This document shows positions 20,750 through 30,646 of a stretch of 64,000 nucleotides of DNA, in pieces; position 1 is the stretch's first letter, and each line of letters starts with the position of its first letter. The position numbers and the translations under genes were made by a program. Source of the DNA: Sphingomonadales bacterium. GTDB taxonomy: Bacteria > Pseudomonadota > Alphaproteobacteria > Sphingomonadales > Sphingomonadaceae. The stretch spans positions 478 to 64,477 of the forward strand of contig JAXDOV010000220.1 in assembly GCA_034668705.1 (NCBI GenBank), given 5' to 3'. Under the pieces are notes generated by a model. It searched no databases. It saw nothing but the letters and a program-made list of their open reading frames with translations, and was not told where the DNA came from.

Positions 20750-23700
20750 ATGATCTCCCGCATCTTCATCGATCGTCCGATCTTCGCCTGGGTGATCGCG
20801 ATCGTGATCATGCTGGGCGGCATCGGCGGCATATTGTCGCTGCCGATCGAGCAATATCCGGATATCGCGCCGCCGTCCGTCAACATCCGCGCCAATTATC
20901 CGGGCGCTTCGGCCGACACGGTCGAGACCAGCGTCACCCAGGTGATCGAGCAGCAGCTGACCGGGCTCACCGGCCTGCTCTATTTCCAGGCCAATTCGAG
21001 CTCGAGCGGCAGCGTCAGCATCACCGCCACCTTCGCCAAGGGGATCGATCCGGACATCGCCCAGGTCCAGGTGCAGAACAAGGTCCAGCAGGCCCTGCCC
21101 CGGCTGCCGCAGCCGGTCCAGCAGCAGGGCCTCGTCATCACCAAGTCCAATCCGGACTTCCTGCTGGTGGTCGCGGTCTACGACGCGACCGACAGCCTGA
21201 CCTCGGCCGACGTCTCCGACTATCTCGTCTCCAACCTCCAGGATCCGCTCGGCCGGGTGGCGGGAGTCGGCGACATCAACGTCTTCGGCGCGCAATATGC
21301 GATGCGGATCTGGCTCGATCCGTACAAGCTCTCCGGCTATTCGCTCATGCCCCGCGACGTCATCCTGGCGGTCCAGGCGCAGAATACCCAGGTCGCGGCC
21401 GGCGCGATCGGCGGCCAGCCGGCGCCGGCGACGCAGATGCTGACCGCCACGGTCACCGCCCGCTCGCGCCTGTCGAAGCCCGAGCAGTTCCGGCAGATCA
21501 TCCTCAAGACCCAGCCCGACGGCTCGCACGTGCTGCTCCAGGACGTGGCGCGGGTGGAGCTCGGCAGCGAGAGCTACGGCTCGACCAGCCGCCTCAACGG
21601 CCATCCCGGCGCCGGCATCGCGATCATGCTCGCCCCCGGCGCCGACGCGCTCAAGACGGCGCAGCTGGTCCGCGCCGAGGTCGACGCGCGGGCGAAATCC
21701 TTCCCGCCCAGCTTCCGCTACGCCTATCCCAATGACAGCACCCTGTTCATCAAGCTGTCGATCCAGGAGGTGGTGAAGACCCTGATCGAGGCGATCATCC
21801 TCGTCGTCATCGTCATGTTCGTCTTCCTGCAGAGCTGGCGGGCGACCCTGATCCCGGCCATCGCCGTGCCGGTCGTGCTGCTCGGCACGTTCGGGATCCT
21901 CGCCATCGCCGGCTTCTCGATCAACACGCTCACCCTGTTCGGCCTCGTCCTCTCCATCGGCCTGCTCGTCGACGACGCCATCGTCGTCGTCGAGAATGTC
22001 GAGCGGCTGATGGACGAGGAGGGCCTGAGCCCCCACGACGCGACGGTGAAGTCGATGGGCGAGATCCAGACGGCGCTGATCGCCATCGCCCTCGTCCTCT
22101 CCGCCGTCTTCCTGCCCATGGCTTTCTTCGGCGGCTCGACCGGCGTCATCTACCGGCAATTCTCGGTCACCATCGTCTCCTCGATGATGCTGTCGGTGAT
22201 CGTCGCCCTGATCCTCTCCCCCGCCCTCACCGCCAGCCTGCTCAAGCCCCCCGCCCGGGACGGCGCCGAGGCGCGGACGGGCAGGATCGGCGGCTGGTTC
22301 CGCCGGGCCGGGGCGCGGTTCAACAATTGGTTCAACGCCTCCGCCGACCGCTACCGCCGCGGCGTCGTCTGGACGATCGAGCGGGGCCGGCCGATGATGC
22401 TGGTCTATGTCGTGCTCGCGCTCGTGCTCGGCCTGGTTTTCTTCCGCCTGCCGACCAGCTTCCTCCCCACCGAGGATCAGGGCTCGGCCCAGGTCCAGTT
22501 CACGCTTCCGCCCGGCGCCACCCAGGCGCGGACGACCGCGGCCGCCAAGACGATCGAGCATTATTTCCTCACCACCGAAAAGAACAACATCAGCGCCCTG
22601 TTCACGGTGGTCGGCAGCAGCCAGGCGGGCTCCGGCCAGAATGCCGGCCGCGGCTTCCTCCAGCTGACCCCCTGGAGCCAGCGCAAGGGCACGGCGAACA
22701 GCGCCCAGGCGATCACCCAGCGCGCCAACCGCAACCTGTCATCGATGCGCGACGTCCAGTTCTTCGCGCTGAACCCGTCGCCGGTGCGCGGCCTCGGCCA
22801 GTCGACCGGCTTCACCATGGAGCTGCTCAACAGCGGCTCGCTCTCGCGCGAGGCCTTCAAGGCGGTGCGCGACCGCATCCTCGCCGCCGCCAATCGCGAT
22901 CCGACCCTGGCCTCGGTCCGCCTCAGCACCCTGGAGGACAATCCGACGCTGCAGGTCAACGAGGACCAGGCGAAGATCGGCGCCCTGGGCCTGGCGCAAT
23001 CGGACGTCGATTCGACCCTCAGCGTCGCCTGGGGCGGCAATTACGTCAACGACTTCCTCGATCGCGGCCGGGTGAAGCGCGTCTACGTCCAGGGCGACGC
23101 GCCCTATCGCAGCCGGCCGGAGGATCTCGGCAGCTGGTTCGTGCGCACCTCGACCGGGACGATGGCCCCCTTCTCGGCCTTCGCCACCACCGGCTGGGGC
23201 CAGGCGCCGTCCACCCTCAGCCGGTTCAACGGCCTTCCCTCCTACGAATTTTCGGGCGATGCGGCGCCGGGCACGAGCTCGGGCCAGGCGATGAACCGGA
23301 TGGCGGCTTTGGCCGGCGCCGAAGCGGGCGTGTCGGTCGACTGGAGCGGCCTTTCCTATCAGGAGCGGCTCTCCGGCGGGCAGGCGCCCTATCTCTACGC
23401 CCTGTCGCTCCTCGTCGTCTTCCTCTGCCTCGCCGCCCTTTACGAAAGCTGGTCGATCCCGCTTTCGGTGCTGCTGGTCATTCCGCTGGGCCTGCTCGGC
23501 GCGGCGCTGGCGGTGTTCCTGCGCGGGCTCGAGAACGACGTCTATTTCCAGGTCGGGCTGCTGACGACGATGGGCCTTTCCGCCAAGAACGCGATCCTGA
23601 TCGTCGAATTCGCCGAACAGGCCGAACGGCGCGGGCGCAGCCCGTTCGAAGCGGCGGTCGAAGCGGCGCGCCTGCGGCTGCGGCCGATCCTGATGACCAG

Positions 23701-23935
23701 CCTCGCCTTCATCTTCGGCGTGCTGCCGCTCGCCATCTCGACCGGCGCCGGCGCCCAGAGCCGGATCGAGATCGGCACCGCGGTGATGGGCGGCATGATC
23801 ACCGCCACCATCCTCGCCATCTTCTTCGTGCCGCTCTTCTTCGTCCTCGTCCGCCGCCTGTTCCGGGGCCGGCACCACAACGCCGCCCCCGGCGCCACAC
23901 CCGGCGCCGCGCCAACCGGGGTGCCGGCGCAATGA
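20750..23935 (+). CDS. RND multidrug efflux permease (HAE1, AcrB/MexB family)
   Basis: 1061-aa ORF starting MISRIFIDRPIFAWVIAIVIML, with typical 12-TM architecture. Confidence 0.92.
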   Translation: MISRIFIDRPIFAWVIAIVIMLGGIGGILSLPIEQYPDIAPPSVNIRANYPGASADTVETSVTQVIEQQLTGLTGLLYFQANSSSSGSVSITATFAKGIDPDIAQVQVQNKVQQALPRLPQPVQQQGLVITKSNPDFLLVVAVYDATDSLTSADVSDYLVSNLQDPLGRVAGVGDINVFGAQYAMRIWLDPYKLSGYSLMPRDVILAVQAQNTQVAAGAIGGQPAPATQMLTATVTARSRLSKPEQFRQIILKTQPDGSHVLLQDVARVELGSESYGSTSRLNGHPGAGIAIMLAPGADALKTAQLVRAEVDARAKSFPPSFRYAYPNDSTLFIKLSIQEVVKTLIEAIILVVIVMFVFLQSWRATLIPAIAVPVVLLGTFGILAIAGFSINTLTLFGLVLSIGLLVDDAIVVVENVERLMDEEGLSPHDATVKSMGEIQTALIAIALVLSAVFLPMAFFGGSTGVIYRQFSVTIVSSMMLSVIVALILSPALTASLLKPPARDGAEARTGRIGGWFRRAGARFNNWFNASADRYRRGVVWTIERGRPMMLVYVVLALVLGLVFFRLPTSFLPTEDQGSAQVQFTLPPGATQARTTAAAKTIEHYFLTTEKNNISALFTVVGSSQAGSGQNAGRGFLQLTPWSQRKGTANSAQAITQRANRNLSSMRDVQFFALNPSPVRGLGQSTGFTMELLNSGSLSREAFKAVRDRILAAANRDPTLASVRLSTLEDNPTLQVNEDQAKIGALGLAQSDVDSTLSVAWGGNYVNDFLDRGRVKRVYVQGDAPYRSRPEDLGSWFVRTSTGTMAPFSAFATTGWGQAPSTLSRFNGLPSYEFSGDAAPGTSSGQAMNRMAALAGAEAGVSVDWSGLSYQERLSGGQAPYLYALSLLVVFLCLAALYESWSIPLSVLLVIPLGLLGAALAVFLRGLENDVYFQVGLLTTMGLSAKNAILIVEFAEQAERRGRSPFEAAVEAARLRLRPILMTSLAFIFGVLPLAISTGAGAQSRIEIGTAVMGGMITATILAIFFVPLFFVLVRRLFRGRHHNAAPGATPGAAPTGVPAQ

Positions 23936-25425
23936 GCAAGGCCCCCCTCACCCTGCTGCTGGCGGTTTCGCTCGCCGGCTGCAGCCTCGAGCCCCATTAC
24001 CAGCGCCCCGAGCCGCCGGTTCCGCCGGGCTGGCCGGTCGGCGATTCCTATCTGCGCCAGAGCGAGGCGGCGCTGCCCAGCGTCAGCTATCGCGACATCT
24101 TCCGCGACCCCAAGCTCCAGGCGCTGATCGCGCAGGCTCTGGTCGACAATCGCGACCTCAGGATCGCGGCCGCCAATATCGCCTCGGCCCGCGCCCTGTA
24201 CCGCGTGCAGCGGGCCGCGCTGTTCCCGCAAATCACCGGCGCCGCCGGCGCCAGCATCGCCGGCGGCGGCTCGCGCACCACCACCAGCGGCACCGCTACC
24301 GGAGGAACGACCACCACCACCACCAGCGGCACCAGCTCGCGCTTCTCGGCCGATATCGGGCTGAACAGCTTCGAGCTCGACCTGTTCGGCCGCGTCCGCA
24401 GCCTCAGCCATTCGGCCCTGGATCAATATTTCGCCACCGAAGCCGCGGCCCGCGCCACCCGCCTGTTGCTGGTCGGCGAGATCGCCACCGCCTATTTCAC
24501 CCTCGCCGCCGACCGCAGCCTGCTCGGCGTCGCCCGGGCGACCGCCGACAATGCCCGCCGTTCGGTCCAGCTGACCGGCGCGCGGCTGCAGGGCGGCGTC
24601 TCGTCGCGCATCGAGCTTCGCCAGGCGCAGACGGTGCTCGACCAGGCGCTGAGCGACGTCGCCAGCCAGACCACCCGCGTCGCCCAGGACCGCAACGCCC
24701 TCCAGCTCCTGGTCGGCGCGCCGATCGACGATGCCGACCTACCCGCCTCGATCGAGAGCGTCGACGGCCTCATCGGCGAGCTTCCCGCCGGCCTCGGCTC
24801 CGACATATTGCTGCGCCGGCCCGACGTGGTGGACGCGGAATATCAGCTTCGCGCCGCCAATGCCCGGATCGGCGCCGCCCGCGCCGCCTTCTTCCCGCGG
24901 ATCAGCCTCACCGGCCTGCTCGGCCTCGCCAGCAGCTCGCTGACCGGCCTCTTCTCCGGCGGCGCCTTCAACTGGAGCGCCGGGGCCAATGCGTCGGTGC
25001 CGATCTTCGACGCCGGCGCCAATCGCGGCAACCTCGCTTATGCCCGCGCCCAGCGCGAATTGTTCGTCGCCCGCTACGAGCAGACCATCCAGATCGCCTT
25101 CCGCGAGGTCTCCGACGCGCTTGCCCGCCGCGGCACGATCGACGCGCAGCTGACCGCCCAGAAGGACCTCTTCGCCGCCGCCGAGGATTATTACACGCTG
25201 TCGAATGCGCGCTTCCGCCTCGGCATCGACGAGTTCCTCACCACTTTGATCGCCCAGCGCACGCTCTATGCGGCGCAGCAGTCGCTGGCGCTGACGCGGC
25301 TGCAGCGGGCGATCAACCTCGCCGACCTCTACCGGACGCTCGGCGGCGACGCGCTGATCGAGGCGGCCGCCGCTCCGAACCAGGCGCCGATTCCGCTTTC
25401 GCCTTCCCCCTCCGCCTCCCCTTAA
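23932..25425 (+). CDS. Outer-membrane efflux factor lipoprotein (NodT/OprM family)
   Basis: Frame of ORF 22327..25425 trimmed to ATG 23932 (ATGA overlap with the permease). Lipobox LAGCSL, with FELDLFGR and the repeated helical domains. Confidence 0.88.
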   Translation: MSKAPLTLLLAVSLAGCSLEPHYQRPEPPVPPGWPVGDSYLRQSEAALPSVSYRDIFRDPKLQALIAQALVDNRDLRIAAANIASARALYRVQRAALFPQITGAAGASIAGGGSRTTTSGTATGGTTTTTTSGTSSRFSADIGLNSFELDLFGRVRSLSHSALDQYFATEAAARATRLLLVGEIATAYFTLAADRSLLGVARATADNARRSVQLTGARLQGGVSSRIELRQAQTVLDQALSDVASQTTRVAQDRNALQLLVGAPIDDADLPASIESVDGLIGELPAGLGSDILLRRPDVVDAEYQLRAANARIGAARAAFFPRISLTGLLGLASSSLTGLFSGGAFNWSAGANASVPIFDAGANRGNLAYARAQRELFVARYEQTIQIAFREVSDALARRGTIDAQLTAQKDLFAAAEDYYTLSNARFRLGIDEFLTTLIAQRTLYAAQQSLALTRLQRAINLADLYRTLGGDALIEAAAAPNQAPIPLSPSPSASP

Positions 25426-26204
25426 TCTTCCAGCGAGACCCAGGTCGGGGCGTGGTCGGAGGCTTTTTCCCGGCCGCGATAATCCTTGTCGACGCCGGCA
25501 TCGAGCAACCGGTCGGCCGCCTGCGGGCTGAGCAGCAGATGGTCGATGCGGAAGCCCGCGTCGCGCTGCCAGCAGCCCGCGGTATAATCCCAGAAGGTGT
25601 AGACGGCGCCCTCCGGATAACGGGCGCGGATCGCGTCGGTCCAGCCCTGGTGGAGGATGGTCCGGAAGGCGGCCCGGCTTTCCGGCTGCATCAGCGCGTC
25701 GTGCCGCATGGCGCGGACCGAGAAGACGTCGTCATGGCTGTCGGTCGGGATGACGTTCCAGTCGCCGGCGAGCACCGCCGGCCGCTCCTCGGCGAGCAGC
25801 GCCAGCCCATGGGCGCGGAGGCGGTCCATCCAGGCCAGCTTGTAGGCGAATTTCTCGGTGCCGACCGGATTGCCGTTGGGCAGATAGAGCGAGCCGACGA
25901 CCACTCCGTCCAGCAGCCCTTCGATATAGCGGCTGTGGCTGTCGTCCGGATCGCCCGGCAGGCCGAGGCGGCGGAGGCTGAGGTCGCGTCCCTGCGGCGC
26001 CAGCAGGGCGACGCCGTTAAAGCCCTTCTGGCCGTGCCAATGGCCGTCATAGCCGGCGGCGCGCAGATCGTCGATCGGGAAGGCCTCGTCGGCGCATTTG
26101 ATCTCCTGCAGGCAGAGCAGGTCCGGCTTCTGCTCGGCGAGATACTCGACCAGCCGCGGCAGCCGCGCGCGGATGCCGTTGAGGTTGTAGGTGACGATCT
26201 TCAT
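25422..26204 (-). CDS. xth: Exodeoxyribonuclease III
   Basis: 260-aa ORF: MKIVTYNLNGIRARL, LCLQEIK, SDHAP. Confidence 0.9.
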   Translation of the reverse strand: MKIVTYNLNGIRARLPRLVEYLAEQKPDLLCLQEIKCADEAFPIDDLRAAGYDGHWHGQKGFNGVALLAPQGRDLSLRRLGLPGDPDDSHSRYIEGLLDGVVVGSLYLPNGNPVGTEKFAYKLAWMDRLRAHGLALLAEERPAVLAGDWNVIPTDSHDDVFSVRAMRHDALMQPESRAAFRTILHQGWTDAIRARYPEGAVYTFWDYTAGCWQRDAGFRIDHLLLSPQAADRLLDAGVDKDYRGREKASDHAPTWVSLED

Positions 26205-26249
26205 TGCGCTTCAGTAATCCGGCGAAAGCCGGGGTCCAGCGGAAATGCG

Positions 26250-26585
26250 TCAGACGCTGAAGCTCGAGCCGCAGCCGCAGCCGGACTGGGCGTTGGGGTT
26301 GGTGACCTGGAAGCTGGCGCCGCCGAGATTGTCGACGAAGTCCACCGCGCCGCCCTTGACCAGATCGTTGGTCATCGGATCGACGACCAGGGTGACGCCG
26401 CCTTCGCTGGCGACGAGATCGTCCGCCTCGACGTCCTCGGCGAGGCCGAAGCGATAGCTGAAGCCGGCGCAGCCGCCGCCTTCGACCGAGAGGCGCAGGA
26501 TCGGTTTCCGGCCCTGCCGCTCGGCGATCCAGGCGACGCGGGCGGCGGCGGCCGGGGTCAGGGCGATGTCGGGCGCTGCGGTCAT
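26250..26585 (-). CDS. erpA: Iron-sulfur cluster insertion protein (HesB/IscA/ErpA family)
   Basis: ORF 26250..26741 trimmed to MTAAPDIALT (111 aa). LSVEGGGCAGFSY and a C-terminal CGCGSSF. Confidence 0.8.
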   Translation of the reverse strand: MTAAPDIALTPAAAARVAWIAERQGRKPILRLSVEGGGCAGFSYRFGLAEDVEADDLVASEGGVTLVVDPMTNDLVKGGAVDFVDNLGGASFQVTNPNAQSGCGCGSSFSV

Positions 26586-26634
26586 ATGCCGGAGATAGGG
26601 TGGCGCAAGCGGGGCGGCAAGCTCGGGGCCCTGT

Positions 26635-26784
26635 TCAGCCCTTGGTGCGGTAGCCGCAGATGATGCCGAACAGGAAGGCCATGAACAGCCCGAGCTGGAC
26701 ATGGCCGTCATAATCGGACCAGCCGAGCATCTGCCCGCCAAAGGCGAACAGACCGATGAACATGATCAACGCCAAACCCGTCAT
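26635..26784 (-). CDS. Small (49 aa) hydrophobic protein, not in the ORF track
   Basis: Own translation: MTGLALIMFIGLFAFGGQMLGWSDYDGHVQLGLFMAFLFGIICGYRTKG. GGGAGAG RBS-like sequence 5 nt upstream of the ATG. G/C-rich third positions and two hydrophobic segments. Confidence 0.5.
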   Translation of the reverse strand: MTGLALIMFIGLFAFGGQMLGWSDYDGHVQLGLFMAFLFGIICGYRTKG

Positions 26785-26907
26785 CGGGTCTCTCCCAAAA
26801 CCGCCGGCCGATCATCGCGGCCAAGGGTTACCGCCCCGTAAACGCTTGTCGCGGCGGCGGCCTTTGTCCATAGGGCGGGCACCCTCCCCGGCCAGGCGAG
26901 CGCGCCC

Positions 26908-27159
26908 ATGAAGACCCGAATCTATGTCACCCTGAAGACGGGGGTTCTCGATCCGCAGGGAAAGGCGATCCACCATGCGCTGGAGGGGCTCGGCTTTGCC
27001 GGCGTCAACGAGGTGCGCGCCGGCAAGCTGATCGAGCTCGACCTCGATCCCGGCGTCGGCGAGGCCGAGGTCGAGGCGATGTGCCGCAAGCTGCTCGCGA
27101 ATACGGTGATCGAGAATTTCCGCATCGAGCGCGAGGCATCGACCGAGGCGGGTGCGTGA
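26908..27159 (+). CDS. purS: Phosphoribosylformylglycinamidine synthase subunit PurS
   Basis: 83-aa ORF starting [21 protein letters not shown], followed by purQ. Confidence 0.9.
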   Translation: MKTRIYVTLKTGVLDPQGKAIHHALEGLGFAGVNEVRAGKLIELDLDPGVGEAEVEAMCRKLLANTVIENFRIEREASTEAGA

Positions 27160-27821
27160 AGAGCGCCGTCATCGTCTTCCCCGGCTCGAATTGCGACCGC
27201 GACGTCGCCGTCGCGCTCGCGCAGGTGAGCGGCCGCAAGCCGCTGATGGTCTGGCACCGCGAGACCGGATTGCCCGACGGCCTCGACCTCGTCGCCCTCC
27301 CCGGCGGCTTCTCCTATGGCGACTATCTCCGCTCCGGCGCGATGGCCGCCCGATCGCCGGTGATGCGCGCCGTGATCGAGGCGGCGGGCCGCGGAGTCTC
27401 GATCCTCGGCATCTGCAACGGCTTCCAGATTCTGACCGAGGCGGGTCTCCTCCCCGGCGCGCTGATGCGCAATGCCGGCCTCCACTTCGTCTGCCGCGAC
27501 GTGCCGCTGAGAGTGGAGAACAGCCAATCCGCCTTCACCAGCCGCTACGATGCCGGCGAGGAGATCCTGATCCCGGTCGCCCATCATGACGGCAATTACC
27601 AGGCCGATCCCGACACGCTCGACCGGCTCGAGGGCGAGGGCCGGATCGCCTTCCGCTATGCCGGCCAATGCAACGGCTCGGCGCGCGACATTGCGGGCAT
27701 TGTCGGCGAGGCCGGCAACGTGCTCGGCATGATGCCGCATCCCGAGCGGGTGGTGGAGCCGGCCCATGGCGGCACCGACGGCCGGCGGCTGTTCGAAGGC
27801 CTGCTGGAGGCGATCGGCTAA
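27156..27821 (+). CDS. purQ: Phosphoribosylformylglycinamidine synthase glutaminase subunit PurQ
   Basis: Frame of ORF 27081..27821 with GTG 27156 overlapping the purS stop. [16 protein letters not shown] (catalytic Cys), MMPHPER. Confidence 0.9.
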   Translation: MKSAVIVFPGSNCDRDVAVALAQVSGRKPLMVWHRETGLPDGLDLVALPGGFSYGDYLRSGAMAARSPVMRAVIEAAGRGVSILGICNGFQILTEAGLLPGALMRNAGLHFVCRDVPLRVENSQSAFTSRYDAGEEILIPVAHHDGNYQADPDTLDRLEGEGRIAFRYAGQCNGSARDIAGIVGEAGNVLGMMPHPERVVEPAHGGTDGRRLFEGLLEAIG

Positions 27822-27825
27822 ACGA

Positions 27826-28323
27826 TCAGGTCCGCTGGGCCGGCTCGGCAGGCGCGTAGGACGTGCCGAGGACGAGATCGTAGCGGCGGCGGAAATCGGG
27901 GAGCAGCCGGCACCCCGTGCCGGTCAGTGCGAACATCCCGGTCGCGATATCGCTCCTCCGGACCGGCGCCGGCACGCGGCGCGCCCAGCCGAGCTCCGCG
28001 GCGGCGCTCCAGAAGAGGTTTGCAGGGGAACCGGGGACGGTCCCGACATGCGATTCCGGGCTGCCCAGCGCGGCGTCGAGCCGCGCCACGTCCGCGGCGG
28101 AGAGGTGGTGCCAATTGCCAAGGATGTCGCGCATCCGGCGGCGCGCTTCGGCGGATGGCGGACCCGCAATTGCCGCCGACGCGCGGGCATGGGGGCACGG
28201 CGCGGAGAAATCGGCTCTCCCCACGGTTGCGGGCATCGGCTCGGCCATGCTCCGGAGCGTCCACAGAACCGGCAGACCCAGGACGAGCGCGATCAGATCG
28301 AGGAGCAGGAGAGCGGGCGACAT
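27826..28323 (-). CDS. Hypothetical membrane-anchored protein
   Basis: ORF 27826..28455 trimmed to MSPALLLLDLIALVLGLPVLW. No family recognised. Confidence 0.45.
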   Translation of the reverse strand: MSPALLLLDLIALVLGLPVLWTLRSMAEPMPATVGRADFSAPCPHARASAAIAGPPSAEARRRMRDILGNWHHLSAADVARLDAALGSPESHVGTVPGSPANLFWSAAAELGWARRVPAPVRRSDIATGMFALTGTGCRLLPDFRRRYDLVLGTSYAPAEPAQRT

Positions 28324-28366
28324 GCGCCCATCATGCCGCCAAGGCGTTGACGGGCGGTGAAGGGCC

Positions 28367-29104
28367 TCAGACCTTGGCGCGGAACGGCGTGAAGTCGGTG
28401 CCGGTGTCGTAGACGTCGATCCCTTCGCGCCGCTTGAGGAAGCCGACGACCGCATAGGTGGCGGGGGTGAGCAGCACCTCCCAGCCGACCTTCAGCGCCC
28501 ATTGGGCGAGCAGCACCGCGACCAGGTCGCCATTGTCCCAGATTCCGTAGAAAGCGAGCGGGTAGAAGATCAGGCTGTCCACCGCCTGGCCGAGGACGGT
28601 CGAGCCGATCGTCCGGGTCCAGAGATGGCGGCCGCGGGTCAGGATCTTCATCCTGGCGAGGACGAAGCTGTTGACGAACTCGCCCGCCCAGAAGGCGCAG
28701 ATCGAGGCCAGGACGATGCGGGGCACCTGGCCGAACACCTGCTGATAGGCCTCCTGCCCGTGCCAGCTCGGCGAGGGCGGCAGGGCGACGACGACCATGC
28801 TCATCAAGGCCATGAACAGCAGAGCCGCGAAGCCCGCCCAGATGCAGCGCCGGGCGCGGGCATAGCCGTAGACTTCGGTGAGGACGTCGCCGATCACGTA
28901 GGAGACCGGGAAGAAGAGGATGCCGGCACCGAACTTTTGCGGGCCGAGGCCGGGCAGGTCGACCACCGCCACCTTGCCCGCGCCGATCACGTTCGACAGC
29001 AGCAGGATGGTGACGAAGGCCGCCATCACGAAGTCGAAATAGCGGAAATGCACGCCCGCCAGTGCGGCGGCGTCGACCGGCCTGGGCTGCGCTTCCCCCT
29101 GCAT
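28367..29104 (-). CDS. yhhQ: Queuosine-precursor transporter (YhhQ/DUF165, VUT family)
   Basis: 245-aa polytopic ORF. LLLSNVIGAGKV and FFPVSYVIGDVLTEVYGY are typical of the family. Confidence 0.65.
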   Translation of the reverse strand: MQGEAQPRPVDAAALAGVHFRYFDFVMAAFVTILLLSNVIGAGKVAVVDLPGLGPQKFGAGILFFPVSYVIGDVLTEVYGYARARRCIWAGFAALLFMALMSMVVVALPPSPSWHGQEAYQQVFGQVPRIVLASICAFWAGEFVNSFVLARMKILTRGRHLWTRTIGSTVLGQAVDSLIFYPLAFYGIWDNGDLVAVLLAQWALKVGWEVLLTPATYAVVGFLKRREGIDVYDTGTDFTPFRAKV

Positions 29105-29194
29105 GAGGCGGGCCTAGCGCGGATGGGCGCGGCGGGAAAGGGTCGGGCCGTCCGCTGTTTCGCTGGCGCGCAAAGCGGGCTAGAGCCGGCCTGG

Positions 29195-29271
29195 GCGCCC
29201 GTAGCTCAGTTGGACAGAGCACGAGCCTTCTAAGCTTGGGGTCGCAGGTTCGAATCCTGCCGGGCGCGCCA
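29195..29271 (+). tRNA. tRNA-Arg (anticodon UCU)
   Basis: Hand-folded 77-nt cloverleaf. Acceptor GCGCCCG/CGGGCGC, D-arm GCTC/GAGC, anticodon arm CGAGC-CTTCTAA-GCTTG, T-arm GCAGG-TTCGAAT-CCTGC, discriminator G plus an encoded CCA. Confidence 0.95.
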
Positions 29272-29425
29272 GTGATATCAATGACTTAGCACGATTCCGG
29301 GTTTCTCCGATAGAGCCGGAATAGCGGCCACATTTCCGAGGCTTGCAGGTGCGGTCGCCGCGACTTGTGACCGAGAGACGGCTAGAGAAGTGTCCCCAAA
29401 CCGACTTTTGGCCAACTCGGGAGCG
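29238..29425 (+). repeat. Direct repeat copy A: tRNA-Arg 3' part plus about 165 nt of downstream flank
   Basis: GGGGTCGCAGGTTCGAATCCTG is identical to 32659-32680. The following flank aligns by hand to 32681-32850 with roughly three quarters to four fifths identical positions. Confidence 0.8.
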
Positions 29426-29546
29426 TACGCTTGTGGCCGTCAGCAGACCGACCGCTCTCGCGCGCGACCGGCTAAAACTGATATGCGGCGAGTACAGCCG
29501 GTGCGACCCCTGCGAGCGGGGTCTGCCGGGCAGCGCAATGTGAGAA

Positions 29547-29981
29547 TCAAGTTTCTCTCGCCTGATTATTTTGCCCTCCCGCCAGAACAGGCATTATGGC
29601 GAAACCGAGCTGGCCGGCGAGGCCGACGAGGCCGAGCGGAGTGACGAGATCCGCGGCCCATTGCGCTAAACTCTGTCCTCGAATCATGTCCGCAAGCGCA
29701 GCCTCGCTGATCATGGTCAGCGCAAAAGCGCTCGCTCCGATCGAAACCAATTGCCAGAAGGCGAAGAAACGCTTGTGAACGAGGCGGCGGGCTACGAACC
29801 AGCTAACGGTCAACAGCACCGGGATTTCGAGGAAAACCGCTGCGTTTGCCCCGAGCCGGGGCGCTACCACGAGGACGCGGCCAATTCCCATTGCAAAGGC
29901 AAAGGCGAAGACGACTGCGAAGTATAAGAATCCGGTGGCGACGAGGGCCGTGAGCCTCGATGGGCCACGCTGAGCCGTCAC
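29547..29981 (-). CDS. Hypothetical integral membrane protein
   Basis: 144-aa ORF with four hydrophobic segments; start overlaps the stop of the upstream ORF by 4 nt. Confidence 0.55.
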   Translation of the reverse strand: MTAQRGPSRLTALVATGFLYFAVVFAFAFAMGIGRVLVVAPRLGANAAVFLEIPVLLTVSWFVARRLVHKRFFAFWQLVSIGASAFALTMISEAALADMIRGQSLAQWAADLVTPLGLVGLAGQLGFAIMPVLAGGQNNQARET

Positions 29982-30646
29982 AGGTCACGTGGCCTTGTCG
30001 GGTCACAACGCAGGAAGAGGGTTAGGAGCAAGGCGTCCACCACCAGGAAAGCGCCGAGATATCCGGCGATACCGATGTTGCGAATCGTCATGTCGCCCAA
30101 AGCCACACCCGATAATCCGGCGAGGGCCAGCACTCCGCTGACAGCCATACTGATCCGAATTGCGCGATTGATGCCTCCGCCTTCAAAGACGAGCGCGGCG
30201 AACAGCATCGAGAGCGCAAAAAATACATCCCAGGCCAGAATATCAAGCGCGTAAACCACCGAGGGCCATTTAAAGGCAAGCATGGCCCCCGCCAGCGCGT
30301 GGCCGCCAAGGCCGGGCTGGCCGCTCAGCGTCAGAATGCTGAAGTGCACGCTGCATGTTATAGTCGCCAGCATTGCAGTGAAGCTGAGCGCGGCGAGGCT
30401 CAGCGCCTTGGATTCCTGTGGCGACCATGCGTGCACGGTCGCCATCAAAGCGACCATTGCCGGTGCCAGCACGAGGATGAGGACTTCCAACACAGTGAAA
30501 TACGGGTTGCCGATTGGCTCAGCCGGCGAAGACAGGGTTGCAAACCCGAACCCCAGCACGATCGCATAGAGAACACCTACGAGCATGATGGTCGCAGCGG
30601 ACACGACACCCATCACTTTTGCCGATGGTGAAAGCGCTTCGGGCAT
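29978..30646 (-). CDS. Hypothetical integral membrane protein
   Basis: 222-aa polytopic ORF. No family recognised. Confidence 0.55.
   Translation of the reverse strand: MPEALSPSAKVMGVVSAATIMLVGVLYAIVLGFGFATLSSPAEPIGNPYFTVLEVLILVLAPAMVALMATVHAWSPQESKALSLAALSFTAMLATITCSVHFSILTLSGQPGLGGHALAGAMLAFKWPSVVYALDILAWDVFFALSMLFAALVFEGGGINRAIRISMAVSGVLALAGLSGVALGDMTIRNIGIAGYLGAFLVVDALLLTLFLRCDPTRPRDL

Noticed and set aside
25422-25425. Convergent overlap of the outer-membrane factor and xth stop codons (shared TTAA), with no terminator between them.
   Set aside because: This is common in compact genomes, and there is no evidence of special function.
29105-29194. preQ1 riboswitch upstream of the YhhQ-type queuosine-precursor transporter.
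   Set aside because: The 90-nt leader lacks the A-rich tail and the conserved CUAGCUA/AAAAAACUA-type core, and no convincing pseudoknot is visible.
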